Shown piece by piece: positions 36,819 through 37,168 of a stretch of 37,168 nt of DNA. How positions within the stretch are numbered: position 1 is the first letter of the stretch; every line of letters begins with the position of its first letter. Made by a program: the position numbers and the translations under genes. Source of the stretch: Phycisphaerae bacterium (GTDB taxonomy: Bacteria; Planctomycetota; Phycisphaerae; UBA1845; Fen-1342). The notes beneath the pieces were generated by a model that searched no databases, was not told the origin of the DNA, and saw nothing but the letters and a program-made list of their open reading frames with translations. Where the stretch lies: assembly GCA_050115495.1 (NCBI GenBank), contig JASFQK010000052.1, positions 1 to 37,168 of the forward strand, written 5' to 3'.

Positions 36819-36910
36819 CAGTCGTCCCCTTCGGGGACTGGGGGGAGAGAGGGAGGTCGGGGATCCCAGCAGTTCCTGCTGGGCTACAATCAGCCGTCCC
36901 GCTGGGACTG
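36819..36910. repeat. Second A-B-A REP-like unit (different sequence, same architecture)
   Basis: GTCCCC-TTC-GGGGAC ... CCCAGCAG-TTC-CTGCTGGG-CTACAAT-CAGCC-GTCCC-GCT-GGGAC. Confidence 0.65.
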
Positions 36911-36931
36911 GGAGACGACGCCACGGTGTGC

Positions 36932-37056
36932 CACTGCTCTTGAGCAGTGTCTTCCGAAGCGCGATGGCCGTCGTGTCCGTCTCGGTGCATGAGAAACCAT
37001 GATGCCCGCGAGAGTCGGATGTGCTTCGACGTGTCCGGCCGCACTGCTCTTGAGCA
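36932..37056. repeat. Repeated palindrome CACTGCTCTTGAGCA(GTG)
   Basis: Perfect 8-bp-arm palindrome at 36932-36949; 15-nt copy at 37042-37056. Confidence 0.7.
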
Positions 37057-37168
37057 ATACTGTCCGGGAATTTGGAGGGGTCGAGGTTAACACAATCCTA
37101 ACTTGCGCGGTACGTTGGGAGTTGGTTTACTGGCGGCGTGGCACGACGCCAGAGAGACAAGAAGATCG

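Noticed and set aside
31679..37168. Genomic island integrated at tRNA-His
   Set aside because: No integrase and no duplicated tRNA 3' end seen in the window
37075..37168. GTTAACA/CCTAAC..GTTGG as an integron attC site
   Set aside because: No convincing R''/L''/L'/R' pairing, no cassette ORF and no integrase

Overview
GC-rich bacterial chromosomal segment, probably Planctomycetota (Phycisphaerae-like). That assignment is inferred from the PEP-CTERM protein, dockerin-like tails, CxxCG..LT...CPECG membrane proteins and an STN-type protein. The window opens with the right end of an IS256-family element. It then carries metabolic genes (thiolase-like + DUF35 pair, split LKR/SDH saccharopine pair, argF, nadA, cytosine deaminase), regulators (orphan histidine kinase, ECF sigma/anti-sigma), parA-vanZ, tRNA-His and many exported proteins. 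The most unusual signal is an HUH Y1 (IS200/RAYT-like) nuclease gene inside a cluster of REP-like double hairpins. A second family of degenerate palindromes (approx. AAGGGGACATTCTACTTT..AAAGTAGAATGTCCCCTT) tightly brackets two compositionally atypical cargo blocks, each next to the REP unit. One block is an orphan RHS C-terminal fragment coupled to a membrane protein (16.4-18.2 kb). The other is a two-repeat lipoprotein (24.3-25.65 kb). This suggests an integrase-free, hairpin-delimited cassette system. All calls come from reading the sequence and motifs; no searches were run.
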